A stretch of 64,000 nt of DNA from Candidatus Binatia bacterium (GTDB lineage: Bacteria > Desulfobacterota > Binatia > UBA9968 > JAJDTQ01). Position 1 is the stretch's first letter. Every line of letters starts with the position of its first letter. The notes beneath the pieces were generated by a model. It searched no databases. It saw only the letters and a list, made by a program, of their open reading frames with translations, and had not been told where the DNA came from. Below, in pieces: positions 49,249-58,530 of this stretch. The stretch covers positions 1,696,001-1,760,000 of the forward strand of contig OY762897.2 in NCBI GenBank assembly GCA_963666515.2. The letters are read 5' to 3'. The position numbers and the translations under genes were made by a program.

Positions 49249-50379
49249 TCAGAACCCGTACAGCCGCGCGGGGTTGCCCTCCAGGATCGCGTTCTTGCCG
49301 GATTCGCTCACGTCGTCCCGCTCGCGCAGCGTCTTGGCGGCGTAGCGCTCCCGGTCGGAGTGGGGCATGTCGGAGCCGAAAACGATCTGGCCCTCCCCCA
49401 CCAGGTCCATGACCTGGGGCAGCATGTCGTCCTCCACCTCCGCGCTCCAGTACAGGTTGCCGCGCTTCAGGTATTCATTGGGCTCGACCGCGGCGTTGAC
49501 GTTGATCTGCGGGTAGAGGTTCGCCAGCCGGTGGGCATGCGGGTAGCGGTGGTTGAGGCGGTCGAGGACGAACGGGATCCAAAGGCAGCCCGCCTCCAGG
49601 AAGACCACCCGAAGGTTCGGGAACCGGTCCAGGAGGCCGCCGGTCATGAAGGCGACGAACCCCATCAGGAGCGGCATGGTGAACGCGGTGATCCAGGAGG
49701 GGTAAAGCTCGCTGTAGAGGTTGTTGAGCGACGGGCACGACCAGCCCACGTGCACCCCCAGGGTCAGGTCCGTCTCCGCCATGGCCTCGTAGAACGGCAG
49801 GAACATGGGGTTGTCCAGCATATGGTCGCCCGCGGTCCCCAGCACCATGATGCTCGAGGCGCCGAGGCTCTTGGCCTCGTAGACCGCCTGCACGGCCGAA
49901 GGGACGTCTTCCAGGTTGACCACGCCGGCCCACTTGAGACGGTCGCTCCCCGAGAGCGTGTCGCCCAGCCAGCGGTTGTACGACGAACACAGGGCCGACA
50001 TGAGGGCGGGCTCGGTGGTCAGCGGATAAGCCAGGAAGAGCGTCGGATAGATGACCTGGACGTCGATGTCCTCGGCGTCCATGGCCTCCAGGCGGGCATT
50101 GAGATCCGTCAGCTCCTGGCTGTCCAGGCTGTCCAGGTTCTTGCCCTCGATCAGCGCGCCGTGCCTGGTGGGCTTGCCGTCTACCCTGGCCGGGGTGCTG
50201 AAGTTGTTGCACCCGGCACCCGAACGCCGCGGCACCACCTGCTCGCCGATCATCCAGTAGAACATGCCCCCCGAACCGACGATGGCCGGCCGCCGGGACC
50301 GGAACGCCGGGTCCATGTACTTGTCGTCAAAGGTCGCGGGGCACTCGTTTACATGTCCGTCTGCATCGATGACTCGCAT
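49249..50379 (-). CDS. Amidohydrolase_2 family protein (tandem copy B)
   Basis: Same motifs; colinear 376 aa with copy A. Confidence 0.9.
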   Translation of the reverse strand: MRVIDADGHVNECPATFDDKYMDPAFRSRRPAIVGSGGMFYWMIGEQVVPRRSGAGCNNFSTPARVDGKPTRHGALIEGKNLDSLDSQELTDLNARLEAMDAEDIDVQVIYPTLFLAYPLTTEPALMSALCSSYNRWLGDTLSGSDRLKWAGVVNLEDVPSAVQAVYEAKSLGASSIMVLGTAGDHMLDNPMFLPFYEAMAETDLTLGVHVGWSCPSLNNLYSELYPSWITAFTMPLLMGFVAFMTGGLLDRFPNLRVVFLEAGCLWIPFVLDRLNHRYPHAHRLANLYPQINVNAAVEPNEYLKRGNLYWSAEVEDDMLPQVMDLVGEGQIVFGSDMPHSDRERYAAKTLRERDDVSESGKNAILEGNPARLYGF

Positions 50380-50552
50380 AGCCGTTACCCATTGCCGATT
50401 TCGCCATTCAAGTCAAGACGAAGCCCGCGTTGGCCTGTATCGGGGCCTCACCAAGGACATCGCGCTCAAATAGCAACGCTACTCTCCTCGCCCTTTTCGG
50501 TCTCATGCTATCGTGTTACGCTCCGGGCCATCATCGCGAGCCGGGAGGACCC

Positions 50553-51287
50553 ATGCAGCTCATCGAGCGCTTGTTCAACAAGGAGGACCACGGCGTAGCC
50601 GGATTTCTGGCCCATCCGCAACGGACGGAGCCGGGGCCGGCGCTGCTGCTGATCCACCCCAAGGGCGGGTTGACGGACTACATCAAGATCGAGGCGCGCA
50701 AGTTCGCCGCCCTGGGCTACAGCACCTTTGCGCCCAACGTCTTCGAGCAACTGGGATATCCGGAGCCCACGCACATCGTCTCCGGCGGCGAGATCCAGGC
50801 CAAGACCTCCGACGACCAGTTCGACGCCGCGCTGACAGAGAGCTGGCGCTTCCTGCTTTCCCAGCCCCACGTGGACAACAAGCGGGTGGCGGTGTCCGGC
50901 TACTGCATGGGCGGCAGGATCGCCATCAACTTCGTCGCGGCAACGCCGGAGGTGCGGGCGTTCGTGGGCTACTACCCTACTGTGCGGGACGAGCCTCCCA
51001 CGGACATGCGGCCCATCCCGCCCTGGGAGAAGGCCAAGGTCATCCGCTGTCCTTCCATCAACCTCTACGGCGCGGACGACGTGGTCACCAACATCGCGGT
51101 CCAGGACAGGATGATGTACGCGTTCCGGGAGAACGGCCAGCCGCTGGAATGGCATTTCTTTCCGTTCGGCGGCCACGGGTTCGTGGACCCGGGCGCGGTG
51201 GGCTACCACGCCCATGCCGCGGAGCTGGCCTGGCCCATGGTGGTGGACTTCATGGAGCGCGAGCTCCAGTGGGCGCCCGAGCCCTGA
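50553..51287 (+). CDS. Dienelactone hydrolase family protein
   Basis: GYCMGG nucleophile, YG.DD, HGF; GGAGG RBS. Confidence 0.9.
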   Translation: MQLIERLFNKEDHGVAGFLAHPQRTEPGPALLLIHPKGGLTDYIKIEARKFAALGYSTFAPNVFEQLGYPEPTHIVSGGEIQAKTSDDQFDAALTESWRFLLSQPHVDNKRVAVSGYCMGGRIAINFVAATPEVRAFVGYYPTVRDEPPTDMRPIPPWEKAKVIRCPSINLYGADDVVTNIAVQDRMMYAFRENGQPLEWHFFPFGGHGFVDPGAVGYHAHAAELAWPMVVDFMERELQWAPEP

Positions 51288-51306
51288 ACACCGGAAAGGA
51301 GCCTTC

Positions 51307-51801
51307 ATGGCCCGGTTCGTATCGGACAGCCTCCCCGACGATGCCTTGGCGCTGTTGCGGCCCGGCAACCTTGACGAGAAGCGGAATCGCGTGGTCCAGA
51401 TCATCACCGTGGACGAAGAAGGATGGGCCAATGCGGGCATGTTGAGCTACGCCGACGTCATCGCCAAGGACGGCGGAAGCCTCAATCTCGCAACCTGGGG
51501 TGACGGGGAATGCGCCGCTGACCTGCGGCGAAACGGCCGCATTACCCTGCTGGTCATCGACGACGATATGGCCTATTACGTCAAAGGCCGCGCCTCGGAA
51601 GTTCAGGTCTCCGGAGAGGCGCTCACGGACGCGAACGACACCGGCGGCCATTCCACCCTGGCCTATTTCCACGTCACCGTTCAGGGGGTATTCGAGGACC
51701 GGGTCCCGACGGCCAAGGTTCTGGGCGGCGTCATCTTCGAGGGCACTGAATCCGAGCAGATCGCGCACGACGCCATCCTGAAGAAGCTCGCCTCCATCTA
51801 G
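51307..51801 (+). CDS. Pyridoxamine 5'-phosphate oxidase-like split-barrel protein
   Basis: ITVDEEGWAN, LRRNGRITL, YYVKG.A. Confidence 0.7.
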   Translation: MARFVSDSLPDDALALLRPGNLDEKRNRVVQIITVDEEGWANAGMLSYADVIAKDGGSLNLATWGDGECAADLRRNGRITLLVIDDDMAYYVKGRASEVQVSGEALTDANDTGGHSTLAYFHVTVQGVFEDRVPTAKVLGGVIFEGTESEQIAHDAILKKLASI

Positions 51802-51834
51802 CGTGATCTCTCAGTGTGATCTGGTCCGCGGTCC

Positions 51835-52779
51835 ATGTCTCATCGAGTCTCCTTCGGAGTGACCCCGATCCAGACCGGAGTCGACTTCGCCCATATCCGT
51901 GACGTGGTCCTCCTGGCGGAGGAGTTGGGCTACGACTCGGTGTGGCTGAACGACCACTTTTTCACGTCCAGGTTCTTCCACCCGCTGCCGCCGCCCACCG
52001 CCCCGTTCTACGAGTCCTGGGTGACCCTCTCCGCGCTGGCAGCGCTGACCGGCCGCGTCCGCATCGGCACCCTCTGCTCCAACGTGTCGTTCCGCAATCC
52101 CGCGCTGCTGGCCAAGATGGCCGCGTGCCTGGACGTCATCAGCGGCGGACGGCTGGAGTTGGGCCTGGGCGCCGGCTGGTTCGAAGAGGAGCACACAGCG
52201 TACGGTTTTCCGTTCCCGGACATGGCGCAGCGGGCGCAGCAGTTGACCGAGGCGGTATCCATCATCAAGCGCATGTGGAGCGAGGAGACGGTCACCTTCG
52301 ACGGCAAGTGGTTCCGCACGGAAAACGCCTATTGCAGCCCCAAGCCGCTCCAGTCGCCCCGCCCGCCCATCACCATCGGCGCCCGCGGCTCGCGGACGAT
52401 GCTGAAGGCGGCGGCCCGGTGCGCCGACCGGTGGAACATCCAGACGCCCATCAGCCCGGCGCAGTACCAGAGGAAACTCGCGTTCCTCGAAAGGCACTGT
52501 GAAGAGGCCGGACGCGACCCCGGCGAAATCGGACGCTCGCTGTGGGCGGGTACGGTCATCGGCCGGGACCCGGAGGATTTCGCCCGTGCCGCCGAGGCCC
52601 TGGAGTTGCCGCATACGACGTATCTGGACGCTCGAATCTCGGGAACTCCCGAAGAGTGCGTCCGGCGCATAGAGGCATTCGTGGACCTTGGCGTCACCGA
52701 GTTCATCCACTACTTTACGTTCGAAGAGCTCGCCAGTGTGGAACTGTTTGCAACGCACGTCATACCGGCGTTCCGGTAA
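51835..52779 (+). CDS. LLM class oxidoreductase, probably F420-dependent
   Basis: WLNDHF, ESWVTLSALA, FRNPALLAKMA, GLGAGWFEEEH. Confidence 0.85.
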   Translation: MSHRVSFGVTPIQTGVDFAHIRDVVLLAEELGYDSVWLNDHFFTSRFFHPLPPPTAPFYESWVTLSALAALTGRVRIGTLCSNVSFRNPALLAKMAACLDVISGGRLELGLGAGWFEEEHTAYGFPFPDMAQRAQQLTEAVSIIKRMWSEETVTFDGKWFRTENAYCSPKPLQSPRPPITIGARGSRTMLKAAARCADRWNIQTPISPAQYQRKLAFLERHCEEAGRDPGEIGRSLWAGTVIGRDPEDFARAAEALELPHTTYLDARISGTPEECVRRIEAFVDLGVTEFIHYFTFEELASVELFATHVIPAFR

Positions 52780-52811
52780 CCCGTCAGAGTTGGGCTGCGG
52801 AAGACGATGTT

Positions 52812-52836
52812 GTAGGGGCGGGTTTCAAACCCGTCC
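52812..52836. repeat. REP-like palindrome, family B
   Basis: GTAGGGGCGGGTTTCAAACCCGTCC. Confidence 0.65.
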
Positions 52837-52896
52837 GCGTCGCGTTGCCGGTTGATCCAAACTCGCGGATTCAGGATTCTTTGAGGAGAGTACGCA

Positions 52897-54639
52897 ATGG
52901 CGAAGAACGACAATACAGCGGGCTTGCCCTCGACCCCGGACCTTGCGGCAGATGTAGTCATCGTCGGATCCGGGGCGACGGGGTTGCCCGCGGCCATCGT
53001 CGCGGCGGACGCCGGCGCGTCGGTGCTGGTGGTGGAAAGCAACTACGACGTGGGCGGACACGCCATCATCAGCGGCGGCAACGTGCCCCTGGGGGGCGGC
53101 ACCAGCGCCCAGCGCAAGTACGGCATCGAGGACTCGCCGGACACGGTCTTCGCGGACCTGACGGACTGGTCCGTTGTCCAAGTCAACGGCTTCCCGGACT
53201 ACCGCTACAGCGACCGCGCCGTGATACGGGCGTTCGCCGACCATTGTGCGGAAACATATGAATTTCTGGTGGCCAACGGCGTGAAATTCAAGGAGATTCC
53301 TCCCGACAGCCAGGGTGCCCACTCCACCGGCAACTCGGCGCATCGGGAAAACCATACCTATTGGGAGCACGGCGCCGGACTGGCCAGTCCCAACGGCAGG
53401 CCCGGCACCGGACTGGTACGGCCGCTGGAACTCAGCGCTCGGGAGAAGGGCGTAAAGTTCCTGCTGAACTACAAGATGTCCGCCATCATCCGCGAGGGCG
53501 CACCGGGCCAGCCCTCCGGGCGGGTTCTGGGGATCACCGCCGAATACACCCCCACCGTGCTGCCCGGCACCACCACCCCGCTCCGGAGCTACCGCTCCGC
53601 CGGGAACATCGACCGCACCGATCCCAACTTGACCATCCACGCGCACAAGGCGGTCATCATCGCCACCGGCGGCAGCACCAGCAACGTCAACTTCCGGCGC
53701 ATGTTCGACCCGAGGCTCACCGAGGTCTACCAAGTCGCCGGCGAGCCCTACTCGTTCCAGGACGCCAGCGGCGAACTGGCCGCCATGGCCGTCGGCGCCT
53801 CCCTCTGGGGCCTGGCCAACCAGATCCTGGAGAACGGCGACAACATCCGGGTGCAGCGCGCCCTGGGCACCCGCTGGAACTACTTCCCGTGGAAACTGGA
53901 GTGCCCCATCTTCCCGCTCGTGCGGGCCACGGGCCTGGCCGTCAAGGACTGGCATGACCTGATCCTGGTGAACCAGGTGGGCGAGCGCTTCTACGACGAG
54001 ACCCAGGGCGACTACCCCGAAGGCAACAAGCACAAGGACATCGACCCCTACACCCCCGGCGACCACCGGAACACCCACATCGAGTACGATCCGCATCACT
54101 CCAACTTCTTCAACGCCGCAGTGGCCATGAACGCCGCCTCCAAGCCTCCCGACTACTCGGGCGGGCCGGTCTGGGCCATCTTCGACGCCGCCGCGGTGGA
54201 ACGCGAGGGCTGGAAAGTGACCCCGCCGTACGTAGACCCGGACGGCTATTTCTTCACCGCCGACACGCTAGACGACCTTGCCGCGGCTATCGAGAACCCC
54301 TGGCAGGCCGTGCCCATGAGCGGCGCCGCCCTGGAGGCCACGGTGCGCCGCTACAACTCGTTCGTGGATTCCGGCGTCGACGAGGACTTCGGCAAGCCAT
54401 CCCCCAAGCACAAGATCGAGAAACCGCCGTTCCACGCCGCCTGGGGCACCCCCCTTGTCCACGACAGCCGCGCCGGCCTGCGCATCAACGAGAAGTGCCA
54501 GGTGCTGGACATGAACGGCGAGGTCATCCCCGGCCTCTACTGCGGCGGCGAGTCCGCCGGCGGCTTCAACCAGCACGGCATGGGCCGCTGCACCGTGCAG
54601 GGGTTGATCGCCGGGAGGGAGGCGGCGGCGGAAGGATGA
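52897..54639 (+). CDS. FAD-binding oxidoreductase (FAD_binding_2; flavocytochrome c/KstD-like)
   Basis: VGSGATG, IIATGG, GERFYDE, GLRINEKCQVLD..G.VIPGLYCGGE. Confidence 0.85.
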   Translation: MAKNDNTAGLPSTPDLAADVVIVGSGATGLPAAIVAADAGASVLVVESNYDVGGHAIISGGNVPLGGGTSAQRKYGIEDSPDTVFADLTDWSVVQVNGFPDYRYSDRAVIRAFADHCAETYEFLVANGVKFKEIPPDSQGAHSTGNSAHRENHTYWEHGAGLASPNGRPGTGLVRPLELSAREKGVKFLLNYKMSAIIREGAPGQPSGRVLGITAEYTPTVLPGTTTPLRSYRSAGNIDRTDPNLTIHAHKAVIIATGGSTSNVNFRRMFDPRLTEVYQVAGEPYSFQDASGELAAMAVGASLWGLANQILENGDNIRVQRALGTRWNYFPWKLECPIFPLVRATGLAVKDWHDLILVNQVGERFYDETQGDYPEGNKHKDIDPYTPGDHRNTHIEYDPHHSNFFNAAVAMNAASKPPDYSGGPVWAIFDAAAVEREGWKVTPPYVDPDGYFFTADTLDDLAAAIENPWQAVPMSGAALEATVRRYNSFVDSGVDEDFGKPSPKHKIEKPPFHAAWGTPLVHDSRAGLRINEKCQVLDMNGEVIPGLYCGGESAGGFNQHGMGRCTVQGLIAGREAAAEG

Positions 54640-54768
54640 GACTCATCGTTGAGCAAAGGAACGCACCCTCGGCGAGTTTCGTCACCGCTCTGAAATCACA
54701 GGGTTCACGGGATGTCGGGGCTGCGTGGATGTGATAGGGTGCAGTCATGTTCAGCGGGGGCATGGTCC

Positions 54769-55110
54769 ATGCGAGCGACAGGTAACGGCATTCCTGGGGA
54801 GGAGTTGGTAGCGGCCGGTGTCGAGGCGCTCGACCGGGGAGAACTCAGCATCGAGGCGTTGCTTGTCGCAGTCGGGGCGCCGCGGCTACGGAGCTTGGGG
54901 ATCCCGGTGCCGGACGACGCATGCTTGCCGCATTACCCGGAGCTTGCTCTTTATCACGCAGTCGGACAACGCTATCCCGACGACGCGCACTCACGGTACA
55001 ATGCCCTGATCCGCCGGCTCGTGAGCTTCGAGCACGAACTGGAGCGGCGCCGCTTCTCCGCGGCGAAGCGCCCAACTCAAGCCGGCGGCAGCGGCATGAA
55101 GAGGAATTGA
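54769..55110 (+). CDS. Hypothetical protein (probable orphan TA-type component)
   Basis: PGEELV..G..L, LLV.VGAPRL, AHSRYNALIRRLVSFE. Confidence 0.6.
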   Translation: MRATGNGIPGEELVAAGVEALDRGELSIEALLVAVGAPRLRSLGIPVPDDACLPHYPELALYHAVGQRYPDDAHSRYNALIRRLVSFEHELERRRFSAAKRPTQAGGSGMKRN

Positions 55111-55113
55111 ACG

Positions 55114-55356
55114 ATGAAGGGTAGTTTTGACGGCTTCTCCGTCAATCTCTACCAAGACGAAGACGGCGACTGGTTGGCGCACTTGGTTGAAATGCCCGGC
55201 ATTTCAGCCTTTGCGGATACACCGGACCGGGCCTTGGCGGAACTGGTTGAAGCGTGGGAAGGAACCAAGGAGAGCTACCGGGCACACAACGAACCGATCC
55301 CGGAGGCTCCGGCCCGAAAGGAAATGCAGCAGATAACGGATAAAACGAACACCTGA
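55114..55356 (+). CDS. Short HicB family antitoxin
   Basis: YQDEDGDWLA...EMPGISAFADTP..AL.EL..PIPE. Confidence 0.8.
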   Translation: MKGSFDGFSVNLYQDEDGDWLAHLVEMPGISAFADTPDRALAELVEAWEGTKESYRAHNEPIPEAPARKEMQQITDKTNT

Positions 55357-55371
55357 AAAGGAGAAACCGCC

Positions 55372-56505
55372 ATGGAACAAGCCATCATCTCGGCAGACTC
55401 GCACGTCATCGAGGTCCCGGACCTTTGGGAAAAGGGGTTGCCGTCGTCCATGAGGGACAGGGCGCCCAAGGCCTACTTCGACGAGGGACGTGACGCCTGG
55501 ATGTTCGGATCGGAGGACGTGATACCGCAGGCCGTGGGCGGGCTTTTCATGGCGGGCCAGCGGCCGGAACAGGTAGAGGAATTCCGCCGGGCCGGCTTCT
55601 CGGTGGCGCGGCCCGGGGGCTGGGACCCGGTGGAGCGCATCAAGGACATGGCCACGGACGGCGTGTCGGGCGAGGTGCTCTACCCCAGCCTGGGACTGGG
55701 GTTCTTCTGCGTCGAGGACGCGGCGTTCCAGGAAGGCCTGTTCCGCACCTACAACGACTGGCTCATCGAATACTGCCAGGGAGCGCCGGACAGGCTGTTC
55801 GGCATCGCCCTGATCTCGGCCTTCGACATGGACCACGCGATCGCCGAGATGGAGCGCTGCAGGAAGGCCGGGATGCTGGGCACCCTTATCTGGCAAGTGC
55901 CCCACGCCGACCTGCCCTTCACCTCGGACCACTACGAGCGCTACTGGGCGGCCTCCCAGGACCTGGACATGCCGGTGCACCTGCACATCCTCACGGGCTT
56001 CGGCGACAGCATGCACCGCCAGACCGCCACGGGCATGAAGCGTTACCGCATCGGCGTGGAGCAGACCCGCGAGATCGAGGACGCGCTGTTCGACATCATC
56101 TTCTCCGGCGTGCTGGAGCGCTACCCCAAGCTCAAGATCGTCTCGGTGGAGAACGAGATCGGCTGGATTCCCTTCTGGCTCGGCCAGTGCGACAAGAACT
56201 TCCGGCGCCACCGCCACGCCCATCCGCTGGGCATCGACAAGCTGCCCAGCGAATACTTCGCCCGCCAGGTCTACGCCACCTTCTTCAACGACCACATCGG
56301 CGGCCGGCTATTCTCCTGGTGGGGCTCCGACAACTGCATGTGGTCCAACGACTACCCGCACCAGAACTCGACTTGGCCCCACTCGCAAGACGTCATCGCG
56401 CGGGATCTGGGCCCACTGGACGCCGCCGACCGCGCGAAGCTGCTCAACACCAACGTGGCAAGACTCTACAACCTGAACGTGTCGCCGCTGATGAATGCGG
56501 CGTAG
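55372..56505 (+). CDS. Amidohydrolase_2 family protein
   Basis: ISADSHVIE, YNDWL, HLH, VENEIGW, WSNDYPH. Confidence 0.9.
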   Translation: MEQAIISADSHVIEVPDLWEKGLPSSMRDRAPKAYFDEGRDAWMFGSEDVIPQAVGGLFMAGQRPEQVEEFRRAGFSVARPGGWDPVERIKDMATDGVSGEVLYPSLGLGFFCVEDAAFQEGLFRTYNDWLIEYCQGAPDRLFGIALISAFDMDHAIAEMERCRKAGMLGTLIWQVPHADLPFTSDHYERYWAASQDLDMPVHLHILTGFGDSMHRQTATGMKRYRIGVEQTREIEDALFDIIFSGVLERYPKLKIVSVENEIGWIPFWLGQCDKNFRRHRHAHPLGIDKLPSEYFARQVYATFFNDHIGGRLFSWWGSDNCMWSNDYPHQNSTWPHSQDVIARDLGPLDAADRAKLLNTNVARLYNLNVSPLMNAA

Positions 56506-56524
56506 GAACCTGCACTGAATCCCT

Positions 56525-56552
56525 GTAGGGGCGACCGGCCGGTCGCCCCTAC
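56525..56552. repeat. REP-like palindrome, family B (between convergent genes)
   Basis: GTAGGGGCGACCGGCCGGTCGCCCCTAC, perfect palindrome. Confidence 0.8.
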
Positions 56553-56578
56553 CTCCGATCGACTACTCGGACAGACTC

Positions 56579-58012
56579 CTACCGCCTACTCCAGGCGCTG
56601 ATCTCCGCCACCAGTTCCGCCCATCTTTCTTCCACCGCCCGCTTCTCCGCGGGAGAGAATACGTTGGGCTCCGGGAACGAATCCTTCCAGTGGAAGGGCT
56701 TGCAGGCGTCGATGAGCACGCGGCCCATGGTGAAGTCTCCTGATTGCTTTTGCTCTGGGGTCAGACGGGGGTCCAGGTCGCTGGTCCAGGCGTCGTGGAG
56801 GAGGTTCAGGGAGGTGGCGGGGTTGGTTCGGGTGCACATGGCCCACAGCACGTCCTTCAGGTCCGACGGGTCGATGTCGTCGTCCACGGCGACGAAGTAG
56901 CCGAACATGCTGCCGGCGGCGGCTATGCCGTTGGCGGTGATGAGGGCCTGCTTGGCGTGGCCGGCGTAGCGCTGCCGAAGGGCGATGACCAGCATGAGGC
57001 CGTGGCAATGGCCCCAGACGCCGGTGACGTCGGTGATGCCGGCGCGCTCCAGGTGGTCCCAGGCCCGCGCCGCGCTGTCCGGGAGGTCGCTGCCGAAGGA
57101 CAGCATCGGCCGTAGCGGCTGGTGGCCGAAGACGATGGGGTCGTCGCGGTGATGTATCTCCTTGATCCGCACCACGCACTCCGGGCCGCTGTGGGAATAG
57201 TAGCCCGGCCATTCGCCGAACGGCCCCTCGTGGGCGGTCTCCTCGTCCGGCGACGGGATCTCACCTTCCACCAGGATATCCGACTCCGCGGGGACCGGAA
57301 GGCCGCTCAGCGGCGCCTTGACCACCTGCACAGGTGCGCCGTGCAGCGCCCCGGCCTGCTCGTACTTGAGGCGGCTGGTGGAGGCCATGAGGGTTAGCGG
57401 CGCGCAGCCCAGCACCACGGCCACCGGGCACGCCTCTCCCCTCGCCCAGTACTTCTCCGCGATGATGCGACCGCGTTTGTGCGCAATGATCCACAGGCTC
57501 AGGCGGTCCCGGTCCTTGACGCAGGCGCGGTAGGTGCCGAAGTTGATCCAGCCGGTCTCCGGGTCGCGGATGATGACGAGGTCCCCGGTGCCGATGTAGT
57601 TGCCGCCGTCCCCGGAATGCCACTTGGGCGCCGGGAACCTGCGAATGTCCGCATCATCCGCCGCCAGCCGGTGCGTTAGCACCGGGCCGTCCGCCACCTC
57701 CTGCGGCTTGGCCGGGACTTGGCGCGCGCGCAGCTTCCGCAGGTGCTGCACCAGCTCCACGGGATGGGCGTCCGAAGGGATGCCCAGGGCCAGGGCGTAG
57801 CGGCGCCGGCTGTGGCGGTAGACGTTGCTGGCGACCCGGAAGCCCGGCGGAAAGCCGGCGAAGTTGTGGAACAGCAGCAGCGGGCCGTCAGATTGCGCAG
57901 ACAGCTCCGACAGCGCGCCTACGTCCGTATCCAGATCCGCGCCGTGAACGTCCTTGACGTCACCCGCGACCCGGGCCGCGTCGATGAATTCTCCGAGAGA
58001 GGCATGACCCAT
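56579..58012 (-). CDS. UbiD family prFMN-dependent decarboxylase
   Basis: DGGNYIGT, NFGTYR, EGPFGEWPGYY, VDDDIDP, WA.CTR, IDACKP. Confidence 0.92.
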   Translation of the reverse strand: MGHASLGEFIDAARVAGDVKDVHGADLDTDVGALSELSAQSDGPLLLFHNFAGFPPGFRVASNVYRHSRRRYALALGIPSDAHPVELVQHLRKLRARQVPAKPQEVADGPVLTHRLAADDADIRRFPAPKWHSGDGGNYIGTGDLVIIRDPETGWINFGTYRACVKDRDRLSLWIIAHKRGRIIAEKYWARGEACPVAVVLGCAPLTLMASTSRLKYEQAGALHGAPVQVVKAPLSGLPVPAESDILVEGEIPSPDEETAHEGPFGEWPGYYSHSGPECVVRIKEIHHRDDPIVFGHQPLRPMLSFGSDLPDSAARAWDHLERAGITDVTGVWGHCHGLMLVIALRQRYAGHAKQALITANGIAAAGSMFGYFVAVDDDIDPSDLKDVLWAMCTRTNPATSLNLLHDAWTSDLDPRLTPEQKQSGDFTMGRVLIDACKPFHWKDSFPEPNVFSPAEKRAVEERWAELVAEISAWSRR

Positions 58013-58042
58013 GGTGGGTTCCCCTTGTGTGTGACTCTCGCT

Positions 58043-58420
58043 TCACAAGACGCCGATGACGTCCATCTGGATGATGGTCTTGCCCTGGACGTCGATCTGC
58101 ATGACGTGCCGGGCCGGGCGGTCGTCCTCGTTGGGGAACATGGCGAGCCACTCCTTGTTGATCAGCGCCCGGTGGCTGAAGTCCTTGAGATAGACGGTGA
58201 CCTTGCCGATGTTGTCGGTGCTGCCGCCGGCGGCCTCCATGACGTTGCGCAGGTTCTCGAAGGCCTGGCGGATCTGCTCTTCCGGGTCATCCGATATGCC
58301 GTCCGGCCCGGCGCCGCTGATCACAGACGGCAGGATCACGTTGCCGATGACGACGCCCGTGGGAATCGGGTTGTTGTGCGAGCCGAGCTTGTCGCTCTTG
58401 ATCATGTTGCGTCGGGCCAT
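58043..58420 (-). CDS. RidA/YjgF family protein
   Basis: QIRQAFENL, KVTVYL, F.....RPAR. Confidence 0.88.
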   Translation of the reverse strand: MARRNMIKSDKLGSHNNPIPTGVVIGNVILPSVISGAGPDGISDDPEEQIRQAFENLRNVMEAAGGSTDNIGKVTVYLKDFSHRALINKEWLAMFPNEDDRPARHVMQIDVQGKTIIQMDVIGVL

Positions 58421-58468
58421 TGTTTCCTCCTTGAAGGTTTCCTTACTCGAACTTCAGAATTCCGCCCC

Positions 58469-58496
58469 CTGGATTCCGGCTTCCGCCGGAATGACG
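58469..58496. repeat. REP-like palindrome, family A
   Basis: CTGGATTCCGGCTTCCGCCGGAATGACG. Confidence 0.8.
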
Positions 58497-58530
58497 GATG
58501 CGGGTTTCGTATCCACGCCGGGGTTGCCCG

